Source: Laetmonice hystrix (Eukaryota). From it: a stretch of 64,000 nucleotides of DNA. Position 1 is the stretch's first letter. Each line of letters starts with the position of its first letter. The notes below the pieces were generated by a model. The model ran no database searches. It was not told where the DNA came from and saw only the letters and a program-made list of their open reading frames with translations. A program made the position numbers and the translations under genes. The stretch spans positions 13,206,001-13,270,000 of the forward strand of contig OZ249440.1 in NCBI GenBank assembly GCA_965235115.1, written 5' to 3'. Below are positions 22,841-36,119 of the stretch, piece by piece.

Positions 22841-23782
22841 GGCTAATTGTCCACCGACTTCCGTTTGAAGAACTGATAGCGTCCGTTCCTTCCGGCCCAC
22901 GCGGACGCCGGTTAGTCTCCAGTGTACTATCATCTGTTAATTGGGCTCCTCCCACTGAAGTGCCCCCAGAGAGCATGATCTACCAGGCAATCTCTGCAGT
23001 CGACACTGTGTCGAACGGAAATCACTACACATGTGAATTGTAGATCGTTCAGTTCCCTGGAGGGGCGTGCACGGGTAAATGTCAAGAAGGTTCTAACGTG
23101 GTTTCCTAAAATACAATACTTTGATATGATCTCATCTGTTATAGACTAGTAAGGCTTGATGACCTACAACCCCCCCCCCCCCTACAACCAGTGAATATCG
23201 CGGCTATAAACTATCAGTATTTTAAGCTGGGATAAAAACGTGGCTGTCAAAGAACTTATTGTTCTGACATGATCAGTGTAAATTAAGAATATGAAAGAAT
23301 AATGGAAGCACAATCGATTGAATTGCCTTTTCCGACAATTTCGAGATTAAAATTTACTTTTTAAAAGTTTACTGCCATTAAAAATATAAATTGATTGATA
23401 AATTTAAAAAAATCAAGTATCATAAAATAAATTCCATAAGTGCACCTAATGCACCAGGGATCTGACATAACCCATTTGCTAAATTCTTCATACATGTTGC
23501 ATCGGCCATTATAAAATATTTACCACTATCAGATTCACCATCAGGAATTATATTGGTCTGTTTCTGGTAACGTTCACACAGTCCTTCTGTTTAGTCCCTG
23601 GTCCCTCCTGTAGAATACGTAGCTTCTCCTAAATGTTAGTATAAGGTACTAGTTGTATACACACGTATACATTTAGGAACTGACAACTTGCTTGAAACAT
23701 ATTCCTGACCTTGAATTTAGACCCTGCTTCCGTCCTTCTCGACGGAAATCGTGCCTTACTGACGCCGACACCGTTTAATGTG

Positions 23783-24589
23783 ACGACCAGAGTAGTTGGG
23801 GCAGGTAGCCACCTATAGACACACACCGTCACCTATAGACACACACCGTCACTGTTACGACCAGAGTAGTTGGGGCAGGTAGCCACCTATAGACACACAC
23901 CGTCACTGTTACGACCAGAGTAGTTGGGGCAGGTAGCCACCTATAGACACACACCGTCACTGTTACGACCAGAGTAGTTGGGGCAGGTAGCCACCTATAG
24001 ACACACACCGTCACTGTTACGACCAGAGTAGTTGGGGCAGGTAGCCACCTATAGACACACACCGTCACTGTTACGACCAGAGTAGTTGGGGCAGGTAGCC
24101 ACCTATAGACACACACCGTCACCTATAGACACACACCGTCACCTATAGACACACACCGTCACCTATAGACACACACCGTCACCTATAGACACACACCGTC
24201 ACCTATAGACACACACCGTCGATCACTGTTACGACCAGAGTAGTTGGGGCAGGTAGCCACCTATAGACACACACCGTCACTGTTACGACCAGAGTAGTTG
24301 GGGCAGGTAGCCACCTATAGACACACACCGTCACTGTTACGACCAGAGTAGTTGGGGCAGGTAGCCACCTATAGACACACACCGTCACTGTTACGACCAG
24401 AGTAGTTGGGGCAGGTAGCCACCTATAGACACACACCGTCACTGTTACGACCAGAGTAGTTGGGGCAGGTAGCCACCTATAGACACACACCGTCACCTAT
24501 AGACACACACCGTCACCTATAGACACACACCGTCACCTATAGACACACACCGTCACCTATAGACACACACCGTCACCTATAGACACACA
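23783..24589 (+). repeat. Compound minisatellite: 54-bp unit plus runs of its 20-bp subunit
   Basis: 54-mer TGTTACGACCAGAGTAGTTGGGGCAGGTAGCCACCTATAGACACACACCGTCAC; 20-mer CTATAGACACACACCGTCAC. Confidence 0.97.
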
Positions 24590-25072
24590 AATTACAGTTT
24601 GTGATTGAGAGCGAGCAGTTGTGATTATTGTCATCTGCTTCAATTTCATGTTGATTGTCATGACTGCGGCCCCGGGAACACGAGCAAAATTAAGCCTGAG
24701 CATCTGAATGGCACAAATAAGGTTTCCATTTGAAAGCATAATGCAGTATTGTCACGCCGAGGCCCAGTCAATTTGTTCTGCACTCGCTTTATATGTGTTT
24801 TAATTAAGGTAACATCAGTTACTTCATTGTTGTACACTATCATTTTCCGTGGGAAATTTTTTTGAAAAAAAGAGGATAGAATGGATGAGAAAATTATATT
24901 AGAAGCAATGGAGAAGGTCAAAAAGAGACCTATCAGAACTAGTATTACCTCAGGTCGTCCTCGAGGTTTGTGGGGCTTTTTTCGGGAGGGGGGGGGGAGA
25001 GGTTGCCCCCATAGCGCGGTTTGGATACGGGTGAAGTCCTAAGTAAGGAGTTCCGATGGTCTTGGCCAGATT

Positions 25073-25297
25073 AACATGGCCCTGTCCATATTGTCTGTCT
25101 ATGTCTCTGTAACTCTGTAATCATGTGTACACACACGTACATATTCTGTGTGTACTCCCTCAATGTACGGTGTAACCATGTATACGCATTGTACTATATG
25201 TCTGTATTCCGGTCTTTCTGTACTGTGTCAAATATGTCTACAAAATGAAATAAAAAATACATTAAAAAAATACATTAAAAAACAACATGGCCCTGTC
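25073..25297 (+). mobile_element. 5'-truncated non-LTR retroelement 3' end (about 197 bp) with a 14-bp target-site duplication
   Basis: AACATGGCCCTGTC at 25073-25086 and 25284-25297 flanks a segment ending in AATAAA and an A-rich tail (AAAAAATACATT)2AAAAAAC, the usual TPRT signature. Confidence 0.75.
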
Positions 25298-26215
25298 TCG
25301 TGTCGTCACATGACAGGAAAGCGGACAAGAAAATTGCAGTTTCCGACTAACTCATCTTCCACGAAAGGCCTGCTGGATTATCTTAATATCTGAGCTGATA
25401 TCAGAATTCTGAAATACTAGCATCTTATACGCTAGCTTTCTGACTATAAAATCTTGAGACCCATTCTTCGGCTGGCGTGGTGAGATACAGGGTTCTCCAT
25501 TTACCAGCGGGCTCCAGCTAGGACGGTAGGGGGATCCCTGCATCATGACACGATCGAAATCAGACCGAGTGGTCGTCCAACTGATACAGCAGAATTCACA
25601 GTAATCCACAGTCGCCCACTTACGGAAACCGTACTCACGTAAGAGTGGCCACACAAGTCGGGTTTTTTTCTTCAGGATAATACGGAATGTGAAACTCTAT
25701 ACAGAATGCTTGTCTGTGTCCAATAATGAGCTAATATTGTGAACCTTTCGGGGAATACCTTTATAGAACATATTACTGTATTCGAGATGGCATTATGTAT
25801 CTCAGGCAGTATAATAAAGAAAAGTTTCCGTTGTGAAAATATCGACCCACATTGGGTTGGGTCACGAGTGTTATCTTGCGTCGAATAGCGGTTGCCTATC
25901 TCCTTTATTATTTCACATCAACTTGAACATCGATTTGAGCTTTCATAAATTGCATCAATATCTAGAAGTATAGATGGCCCGTCTCTGGGCTACAACACAT
26001 GAGATTAACTTGGTTTGAAGCACGAGGCCTGTTTTTAAAAACACGCTCCCTTATTTTGTATGAATGAAAACCGCAAAGGAGGATCGAGGGGTGCAAGGGG
26101 TATTATAATGATGCTTCTGAGAGGTTTAAAAAGGGCGTGTTTTTTTAATATGCTTGGTTCCTTTAATAGTAAAGTGCTCTTCTTTCCGATCTAGAAGAGG
26201 TTGTCTCGGCTATTC

Positions 26216-26654
26216 ATTCAGTGGTTTCGGTGCTAACATTATGTCAGGGACACCCATTCAGTGGTTTCGGTGCTAACATTGTGTCAGGGACACCCATTCA
26301 GTGGTTTCGGTGCTAACATTGTGTCAGGGACACCCATTCAGTGGTTTCGGTGCTAACATTGTGTCAGGGACACCCATTCAGTGGTTTCGGTGCTAACATT
26401 GTGTCAGGGACACCCATTCAGTGGTTTCGGTGCTAACATTGTGTAAGGGACACCCATTCAGTGGTTTCGGTGCTAACATTGTGTCAGGGACACCCATTCA
26501 GTGGTTTCGGTGCTAACATTGTGTCAGGGACACCCATTCAGTGGTTTCGGTGCTAACATTGTGTCAGGGACACCCATTCAGTGGTTTCGGTGCTAACATT
26601 GTGTCAGGGACACCCATTCAGTGGTTTCGGTGCTAACATTGTGTCAGGGACACC
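26216..26654 (+). repeat. 40-bp minisatellite, 11 near-identical copies
   Basis: Unit ATTCAGTGGTTTCGGTGCTAACATTGTGTCAGGGACACCC. Confidence 0.98.
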
Positions 26655-27630
26655 TGTTCGTGTAGTAACTATCATTCTACGAGTCTATCAAATATCTTTG
26701 GACAATTTATGAAGATCTATCGCATTCTTTTATGCCGACTGCCACCTTTAAAATCTCATGTGAAGCCCGGTACTATAGACTCCGGGAATTCTAGAGCAGG
26801 GCATCTCGATACAAGAGCTGACATTGGAGACAAAAGCCTTCCGTGTATTAGTCCGTCATACCTGCCATCTCGTGGGGCCGTCTGCGGACACTATTGGGAC
26901 CGTTAAGTATGACGTGTTTTCATCCTGGGACTTTGCGACGGAAGAGTCTCTTCACGCCACACGAGGTGTAGAGGAAAAGGCGCGCTGACGTGTCAGAAAA
27001 CGTCTGTGACATGACCTTATTAACATCAGCCCATCTGACTTCATTTGAACCCTCAAGCCATCTCGTTTCTGCTCAACAAAAAATTGATGTCTCATTTACG
27101 CTACTTGGCTTCTTGCTGACAAAGGAGCGGTCTTTGTAGCACTGGCGATACCGAAAGGGACGCCTTCCTCCGCAAAGTATTAAAATTGAGTTGATTTATT
27201 GAAGCACTATAATATATGTTTTGACAGTGCCCGTCAAATAAATTAACTATCATCTTTATCTCCCATTATTATCTTCTCATTAGTAATTCATGAGAGCACT
27301 GACATTTTTTCATGTTTAAGAAGTAGTGACTTTAGACTATGACCAGAGTTGAGGCAAAATGGAATATGGAACATTAATGAATGATGGCAACAGAGTTGAT
27401 GACCAGGCTTGAAGTACTTTCGAATATGAATTACTTCACAAAATAGTGTTAATGTTGTTCAAGCCGGGGAAATAAACAAATCTAACCTCATCAATCACAT
27501 CCACGACGCTCGAGACAAATTTCAAAATTATAAGAATGGTCTTATAAAACTTGAGCTGTCAGGATCATATTAATATGCTGCAGAATGGAGTTCGCTCTGA
27601 ATCACATGCTAATGTCCAGGCAGATAGCAG

Positions 27631-27741
27631 TACGGTTTTAATGGACAGCAGTATGTGAACAGGATGTTGAAAGGAATTTGTGTGGCTGCTCCCAAAATTA
27701 TATCGACTGACATAGACATCACTTTAAGAGCTTTGCCATTG
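27631..27741 (+). other. Orphan exon candidate (YGFNGQQYVNRMLKGICVAAPKIISTDIDITLRALPL)
   Basis: 111-nt open frame ending at a consensus donor TTG|GTAAGT (27742); the acceptor is weak. Confidence 0.25.
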
Positions 27742-27779
27742 GTAAGTCGGGAACTGTGCATCTACCAACACTTACCGTC

Positions 27780-28050
27780 GTTAGTGTCACTCCAACATTG
27801 ATAAATATCGTTAGTGTCACTCCAACATTGATAAATATCGTTAGTGTCAATCCAACATTGATAAATATCGTTAGTGTCAATCCAACATTGATAAATATCG
27901 TTAGTGTCAATCCAACATTGATAAATATCGTTAGTGTCAGTCCAACATTGACAAATATCGTTAGTGTCATTCCGACATTGATAAATATCGTTAGTGTCAG
28001 TCCAACATTAACAAATATCGTTAGTGTCACTCCAACATTGATAAATATCG
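27780..28050 (+). repeat. 30-bp minisatellite, 9 copies
   Basis: Unit GTTAGTGTCACTCCAACATTGATAAATATC. Confidence 0.98.
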
Positions 28051-30920
28051 GTTCCCAGGCGAAATCTTCGTAATGATCACTTAAACAGTAAACGAACAGT
28101 GGTACAGAGGGGAGAAATGATATCCACTTAGGCCTATAAGGTGAACGGTCATCGACATTGATATGCAGAGCTAATTGACACAATGAATGGATTCTTCTCG
28201 GTTAGATACGGCCTAGCTTTCGTTTGAGGCCATCGATATCCTTTAACTGATAACTGTTAACAGGTAATTAAAATGGTTAAAATACTTTATCATAAAGACT
28301 GTGTACATCGCCACACATAGAAACAGGACAATTCATGGCAAGGCGGGGTACACAGTAAACTATAGCTCGATATACATTTCAAATACACCTATCAAATTTT
28401 AGTAATGTCGATATAGCATTCGGTCACATAATACGGGAATACTGGACTGAATTTTATATACTCTACATGTAAAGTGCAAAAAGGGAATATTGGGCGATGT
28501 CTGGCAGTGCTTCTCCCGTCTATTTCATATTACTGAAAGGTAATAAGGAACTGTAGCCTTGCTGATTGTGACCATTGTCAAGACGTTTTGATGGAGGTCA
28601 TCCAAGGACCTTTAATAACAGAGTAACTGGCGGCAGACCCGACAACGTGGGTATGTTACAGGCTGACTACACCTCCCCCCACTCTATCTCCCCCACCCCC
28701 ACCCCCATCAACCACCCCCACCCCCACCCCCGTCGCCCCCGGCCCGCCCAGACGGCAGGTGGACGGCCAGTATCCAATCGTTCACTATAGGCCTATAGCC
28801 TTTACTGCGCCCCAACCGTTTTGTCGGACTGCTGAGTATTAAAAAAACGCTGTGTTACCCCAAGCCTTTCACGAGGCGTAGCATGGAAGAGCTAACGTTT
28901 CCTTCATGAATAAAGATACGGTGTGAGCAGTTTGGGAATGAATAGAGACAAGGGAGCTGTAGCAGGTCTCAAACGTTCCTCGTCGCCTTGGTAAATACGG
29001 CTAGGCGATACTCTATACCGTAAAGGTTATCATTTAGCCTGCATCCACACTGATCATCATGACATTATGATTATCATTTTGACGAGCCAAAGGCATCAAT
29101 CTGCTTATGGTTTCACCAGAGATATTTTCCCTTATGCTATGACTGTTAGGTGACTGTTGATTAATTATGTCTAACGGTAAAGGTTAGCATTTAGTAAGTG
29201 TGACAGAGGTCAGTTCGATTACAGAACGTGTGATACAGAAAACTGGGAGTGCTAATTATCGGCCCTCCACCAGGTAGCCGACCAAGGTGGATGTGGACAT
29301 AATATCTCACTGTTTAAATTATTATATCACGTAACAGAACTGAGGGGGAACACCTTCAACAAGACAGATAAATCGGCCACCGTTAGATGTGCCACATCTT
29401 CTAACACCACCTCAGTAATATAGAATGCTATAAAATAATGACAAACAGAATCAGGACAACTTTGCAGCATCCTGTCGGCCGCTGCGCATCATGTATGCCT
29501 ATAGCTGACCCGGTTTATTAGAATCATCACGTAAGCTCACCACTTATAGACCATTTTATAACCTGTAGCGCCATATTAGAAAATTCCCGGCTATATACGG
29601 TGTTTTGATGTTCGTTTGCCCTGGAAGCAATTTCTCTTTTTTTCCATTTAAGGGATAGCCTGCATATCATGCCCCCCAAAAAACATAAAGACATCAAACA
29701 ACCCGAATTGCCATGCGAAAAACACGTGCAAACGGAAGTGCCTTTATATTATTTGATATTTAATGATAAAATGACTAACGGGCCAGCCCTCTGCGATGTT
29801 GGCTGAAACAGAGCGGAATTTTTGGTACTCGTTTAGACCTGGAGCTGTGTTTTTCACGGCAGTCATAACAAATAAGGAGAGCGACTTGAGTTGGTTTATG
29901 TATGTCTACCAAGTCTGGACCAATACCCTAAAAACAGGATCATCCGATTCTGTCAAACTCAGAGGTCGGAGGTGTCAAGACATCAAGACTGTGAATGAAG
30001 AATCCAGGTTCACTGAGAGGGCGGAGAACAATCTCATTTCTAATGCCTCGATCGAGAAAATGTATCATAACAGTGCCCGATAAAACCGTGTGCCATTAAC
30101 GTGGCTATTGCTATAGGACTATATATGCCTAACAGCCTTCAAGTACCTATAGTTGCTCATTTTATAATTGACCTACAAAGCTTAGCAGTATACCTCCATA
30201 AATTTGTTACCCAGATCTCCAACCCCTGAAATATCAAGTGAGGCACTTTATCTGCCTGGACCAAAGGCATGTATACCGCGTTAGTGACTGCAAGATGAGA
30301 CAAGACATTATCGACTAACAATGTTGAATTAACCTATTGATCTAGTTTTGTATGGTAAATGTAACGATGCAATTAAGGGGAGTAATCATATATTCGTAGA
30401 GATTAGAATCGGTAGCGTTTCTTTATTTGAAGGGATTTAGATATTTCTCTATGGCCTCGCCATCGACCCAGTAACGAGAGTGTACTGGGGAGAGTGGCTA
30501 CGATACAACCGACCGCAGGGCGTGACACCTTAATCAAACCAAGGAATCGAGTCCAACGTGAATAATTGGCTTGTCGGTTACAGATGTTTTGTTTGGTCAC
30601 CGTGAGGGGATTACAATATAACCCTTGTCAATAACTCCGTGTCTCCGGTGTGGACATAGCAATTTCCTATCAAATCACCTCCGCGACTGAATACATCAAC
30701 TCAAATTTCAGCCACCCCAGCCAGCTGATTCTTCCAACCAGACGAGTTGGTGCAGCAAGCCATGGAAGTTTGGAAGCTAGCGGTATACCATGGCTTTCGG
30801 TTGACCCCCCCCCCCCCCGGTATAAATATTGAAAAGAAAATATAGGTAATTATTTCAATATTTTATGACATCTTTACGTCGTATATATCTTATCTGAGTA
30901 CCGTACATATCTTCTTAGAA

Positions 30921-31010
30921 AGAGAGACAGAGACAGAGACAGAGAGAGAGACAGAGAGAGAGGCAGAGACAGAGACAGAGACAGAGAGAGAGAGAGAGAG
31001 ACAGAGAGAG
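30921..31010 (+). repeat. (GA)/(GAGACA) microsatellite
   Basis: Read directly from the sequence. Confidence 0.95.
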
Positions 31011-31930
31011 CAGATATTGCCAGCCTGGTGATACAGGAGTCGGCAGTGACCATGCGGGCCGGTGACATTGAGGGGGTGGCTGGGAAGCACACCCTCAGTG
31101 TGCCGTTCGCCGTGCCCTGATTTACAATCATTCGATTGTTATAGAGACGCGACATCCTCTCACACAGTCGACGTGGCTCGATTGACTTGGCTGTGTCCGT
31201 TGCCATGGAAACAACTGACAGGAGCCTACACTGGGGGATGCGTGGTCTCGGTAGAGTAATCGAAGCTGGAGGCTCAATCTGTCCAGGATGTTCACAGGTG
31301 TGATGAGAGAGGAGATGAGTGAGGGACAAGTCGGCCAGGCTCCTACACATCCCCCAACCACAGGGCAGTGACCCCCCCCCCCCCCCAACCACCTGACTAA
31401 ATGGGATCGAAGCAGGCTAGGCAGCTTTACCCCTGAGGGACTGGAGAGCATGGGTAGGGGGGCGGGGGCTTGAAGACATTTTCTGGCACTTCTCCACGAA
31501 ACCAACGTATAAGTCGGGATAAACATATTTTATAGGCCCATGTTATGTTAATTCTTTAAAATAAAGAGTAGTGATCCAGATGAAGATTGGCGTGGTATAA
31601 GCTAAACCGCCCTTCCTCCTCTCCCTGCAGGGCCAGTTGCATGACTGTCCGTTCGTTAATTTCCCCATGTATTTTCAATGAGAATTTTAACGAACGGACC
31701 GTCATGCAACTGGCCCCCGGCCCCTCTCACCATCCATTTCTATTTCATGTCCAAATGTTTTATTTATATTTTAGGACGTGCCAAACTTGGCCTACATGTT
31801 TCCTACATTTTTTTTATCCAATCTTGAAAAAAACTGTCAGATCTGTTTACCTGTGAAGCTGGTAGCCAAACGTATTTGTGCACCAAAAGGCGCTATGAAA
31901 ACACGTGAAGGGGTCCGAAGATGGCAGCAG

Positions 31931-31947
31931 TGGCCGCCAGAGGGCGT
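31931..31947 (+). promoter_or_regulatory. Near-consensus CTCF motif, preceded by a YY1-like AAGATGGC
   Basis: TGGCCGCCAGAGGGCGT. Confidence 0.5.
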
Positions 31948-33488
31948 GAGGAGAGACCCGATAATTGATCCCGATAGGTATTTCCTTTGTTACGTTCCTT
32001 AAACTCGTTTCGATGGGTTTAAAAAGGAAAGCTCAGTGTTTTCGAGTCGTCGGTGGTTTCTATGTGTGTTGAATGCGTAAGGCTATAAATCTAAAGGCAA
32101 ACAATTCGAGGACGTGTGACAATGAAACCACTCCTTACATGGGCAGTTCCATTCGCCTGATCTCCATCAGCAGACTGGAACATTATGCAGTATCTGGAGC
32201 AAAGAATTTTGCCATGAGTAAATGGACCTGAAGGGGTATTTATTAATTTGTTGATTTATTTATTTTAATATTTCGTTCACATTAGAAAGAATATTAGAGA
32301 TCTGACAATTCCTCCTGTGCAAGGGTTAGTTATCTCTGACGGTACACGCATCATTATTACACCTTTACCTGCACTGAGGAGAAAACAGTACGCTGGCAAC
32401 AAGAAGAGATTAAAATCAATATTTAAAAACGGAAACGTGCTTCTGTTGATTATGTCGAGACTACCATCATGACATTTGACAGACACAATACAGTTTCATA
32501 ATTAACATAAAATCGGAACATTCTGTCGTTGTGCGGTCATGTTAAAATACTGGGCAGGAGGTGGGCGGGGGCCAGGGGCTCTCGTGCTACACTCGTGCCA
32601 GTATTAGCGCCAAGGGGCCAATCTAAAATTAAAGTCGGCCGTCAGGGTCGACCCTTCTAACGGCTCCGACCGGATTCGGATCGTTAGGAGGTTTTCATTG
32701 TCCTTGAGGGTCCAATTAAAGTGCCAGGCCAGACACGTATACAGGACCGCAGTGTAAATGAAGAAAAACACGCACAAACACTAGAATCGACAGAGCCCTC
32801 CTGATACCTATAGATCTTTCATGTCAAGAGAAAGTCTGAAGTCATTTTCAGACAAAGCCTGTCTTTGCGCAACTTGCAGATTTACCGTTTTATATTTCCA
32901 CTTAAAATGTCGCTCATTGCTGGAAAGATGAACACAAGATTTCGGGAAAATAGTTCCTAATCCTCAGGTGATACTTGCTGTATTTAAGAGCCCAACTCTG
33001 GATCATAAAAACGATCTTCTTTTGAACAACATGAAAACTTATATGAACCCTTTTATAATGGCACTTAATCATGATTGTTATGATCTGCTATTCAAACTAG
33101 AACATTTGGTGATAAATCTTTAATAGAATAATCAAATCATCTGATTCTTTAATCAAACCGTTTAATCAAATATGACAGGAATGTTCAAATGCTGTTCAGT
33201 AAGACTAAATGATGGAAAATATCACTACATGTCTGCTGTAAATGTTCATCGTCCCCATTGCCCACTGGTCTATTGCTGGTGTTCCACTGCTATACACAAA
33301 ATGTTCTTCCTACACGAGGCGATGCAGGTCTTCCACCTTAGTGAAGCAGTATACCATCCTATATCCATTGTGAATTACTTCGTCTTCCTCCATTATCCTC
33401 CATTAGGAGACGTGTCATCGTATGAGATGCTCACCCAGACTACACCAGGCACACTAACAACCGTCGAATGTATCACGCCCCTCCCCAT

Positions 33489-33750
33489 CCTTCCCCATCA
33501 CGCGGTCCTTCCCCCATCACGCGGTCCTTCCCCCATCACGCGGTCCTTCCCCCATCACGCGGTCCTTCCCCCATCACGCGGTCCTTCCCCATCACGCGGT
33601 CCTTCCCCCATCACGCGGTCCTTCCCCCATCACGCGGTCCTTCCCCCATCACGCGGTCCTTCCCCCGTCACACGGTCCTTCCCCCATCACGCGGGCCTTC
33701 CCCCATCACGCGGTCCTTCCCCCATCACGCGGTCCTTCCACCATCACGCG
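33489..33750 (+). repeat. 19-bp C-rich minisatellite, about 13 copies
   Basis: Unit CCTTCCCCCATCACGCGGT. Confidence 0.97.
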
Positions 33751-34708
33751 AGCCTTTCCCCATTGATGAGGCATGGTTTACCACCTATAACATACCGGAC
33801 ACACGGCATCCTTAACGGGCCGAAGTAGCAGGTGATCCCACTGCTTTTATAAGGAAGCTGTTTTGCAGGCGCCGTCAGGGAACAGGCCAAGGATGTTGAA
33901 GTTTCAAAGGGTGAGGGGCCGTATCGTACACCGTGGGTGAACGCTCTGGCTGTATCTATGGGAATTAATCTTTACCACGCTGTTTAAAGCTGCCGGGCGA
34001 CATTAATTTTGTGGCCGGAGAAAGGGACGCATTCAATCTAAATCTGAAGTGAAGAGCTAATGATAGTATCCATAATACTGAAAATAGCAAAGTTCGCCCC
34101 TATCATATATCCGTCAGCATCAGGTGTAATTTGCGGTAATAGAACTGTTGTTGTTACTACTACTATACTGTAGCCGTTGTAGTGTCTTGTTACACTGTGT
34201 ATAACGCTTGTCAGAGAAAAACATGATAAATCTTTCCCCTTTAATAAAATCTTAAGTAAGAGAAACGCGAATCGCTGCCTTGAAAACAACGGGTGAAAAT
34301 GTCTCCCGGGACTTGTTTTACGCTACTGGGTTCCCGCCATTTTTCTCCACAAGGAAAATAGGTCGCGTTTTGTGACAGCTGCGTCACCCTTATACCAGAT
34401 GTGGTTGTGAAACTAATCACTTCTGGTTGAGGATGTTGGCATAGGCCAACACTATACTGACGATCTGTGAGCATGGCCATGTACAAGAACTTCTACTCAC
34501 ACAATAATAAACCATTTTGCCGGACAATTTTTAGACCGGTGTAAGGAGACATTATCACTAGTGCATTTGTGGAAACGATTTTCCCCCACAATTCCTAGAC
34601 TACGGTGGTAGTCGAGGTAGAGCAGGATTCGGCGCAGTACGGCAGCTGTGTCTGAAGCCATGAAAGAGTTGCGACACGGGCAATAAGGGGATGAAGAGAC
34701 GGTGTCTG

Positions 34709-35071
34709 CTCGCCGTAATCCGAACCGGTACCGGGCCCAATGAAGGACTTCTCCGCCGCCTCCACCCACCCCGCGGGTCATACCTTTGTACACCTTACAC
34801 ATACAGGTTGTACACCTTACATACCTCGGCTCGCCGTAATCCGAACCGGTACCGGGCCCAATGAAGGACTTCTCCGCCACCTCCACCCACCCCGCGGGTC
34901 ATACCTTTGTACACCTTACACATACAGGTTGTACACCTTACAGAGCTCGGCTTGTCGTAATCTGAACAGGTACCGGGCCCAATGAAGGACTTCTCCGCCA
35001 CCTCCACCCACCCCGCGGGTCATACCTTTGTACACCTTACGCATACAGGTTGTACACCTTACATACCTCGG
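34709..35071 (+). repeat. 121-bp tandem repeat, 3 copies
   Basis: Unit starts at 34709, 34830 and 34951. Confidence 0.95.
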
Positions 35072-35661
35072 CCCGCACCTCACATTGACGACATGTTGGG
35101 ATAACCCGTGACCCAATGTCAGATTATAGAAATCCCACTCCATCATGATTCCTTAGCCCTCGGCTACTGTCCAAAAAAGGGAATTCCGTTTAAAATGTCT
35201 TTGCTTCGTCTTTGTTAATGTATTTGATTCACGTCCGAGTCTGTATCGTGTTGTAACATTTATACATTAACACTATTGGATTTATGTGTATATAAAGAAG
35301 AAGTCCTGAAGGTACATGTCTTTACTAAGTGATTCTAATTCTATCCGGAATAAGAAATACTTATAGCTGGTGAGAACTGCATTAGAACGTGTATAATTGA
35401 TATCTACATGAATGGAGGAATGTTCGTATAGCCACAGGCTGACACATTGTAATAACAATGTAATACTTGATAACATATTAATCTACAACCAGGTCGGATA
35501 TCGCAGTATTCTTTTTAACGGAGAATACCGGTAAACCTAAGCCTTTTAACATTCCACAATTAAATAGGCAAATACTGATCAAATGAAAACACTCGGCATA
35601 GAAGACCCATTTGTCAAACCAGAGTGCCGCGTGCGGTTGTTTTAATCCACTGATCGCATTC

Positions 35662-35677
35662 CCCGCTAGATGGCGTC
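35662..35677 (+). promoter_or_regulatory. CTCF-like motif
   Basis: CCCGCTAGATGGCGTC. Confidence 0.45.
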
Positions 35678-35928
35678 AGACTTTTTTGAAGCAATTCTTG
35701 TTTGTGTGCCCCGAAAACACGAGCAGGGAATTCGTTGATAAACAAACTCATCTGAATGATGTCAAGATTACCAAGGACTAAAAGTGACGTATAGAGTCTT
35801 TGTTAACTGGAGGCTGCTCGCCGGTAATAATGTCACCTGTCAACCAAACAATGAAAGCTGTTTGATGAATTAACGTATCACTGTCCATGGGTATACAAAC
35901 GGACTCCTCATCATGTATTTCTTTCATT

Positions 35929-36119
35929 CCATTATTACCGTTCACTCAACTCCTCACAGTGACAGACAATGAAACACTCCCTGCTTGTGACCATTATTAC
36001 CGTTCACTCAACTCCTCACAGTGACAGACAATGAAACACTCCCTGCTTGTGACCATTATTACCGTTCACTCAACTCCTCACAGTGGCAGATAATGAAACA
36101 CTCCCTGCTTGTGACCATT
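35929..36119 (+). repeat. 62-bp tandem repeat, 3 copies (unrelated to the AUP1 62-mer)
   Basis: CCATTATTACCGTTCACTC... at 35929, 35991 and 36053. Confidence 0.95.

Noticed and set aside
27380-27570. hAT-transposase-like helical fragment (VVQAGEINKSNLINHIHDARDKFQ)
   Set aside because: The resemblance is impressionistic, needs a frameshift, and shows no catalytic or dimerisation motif.
34724-34740. ACCGGTACCGGGCCC resembling a cloning-vector polylinker
   Set aside because: The match ends after about 12 bp and sits inside a genomic 121-bp tandem unit.
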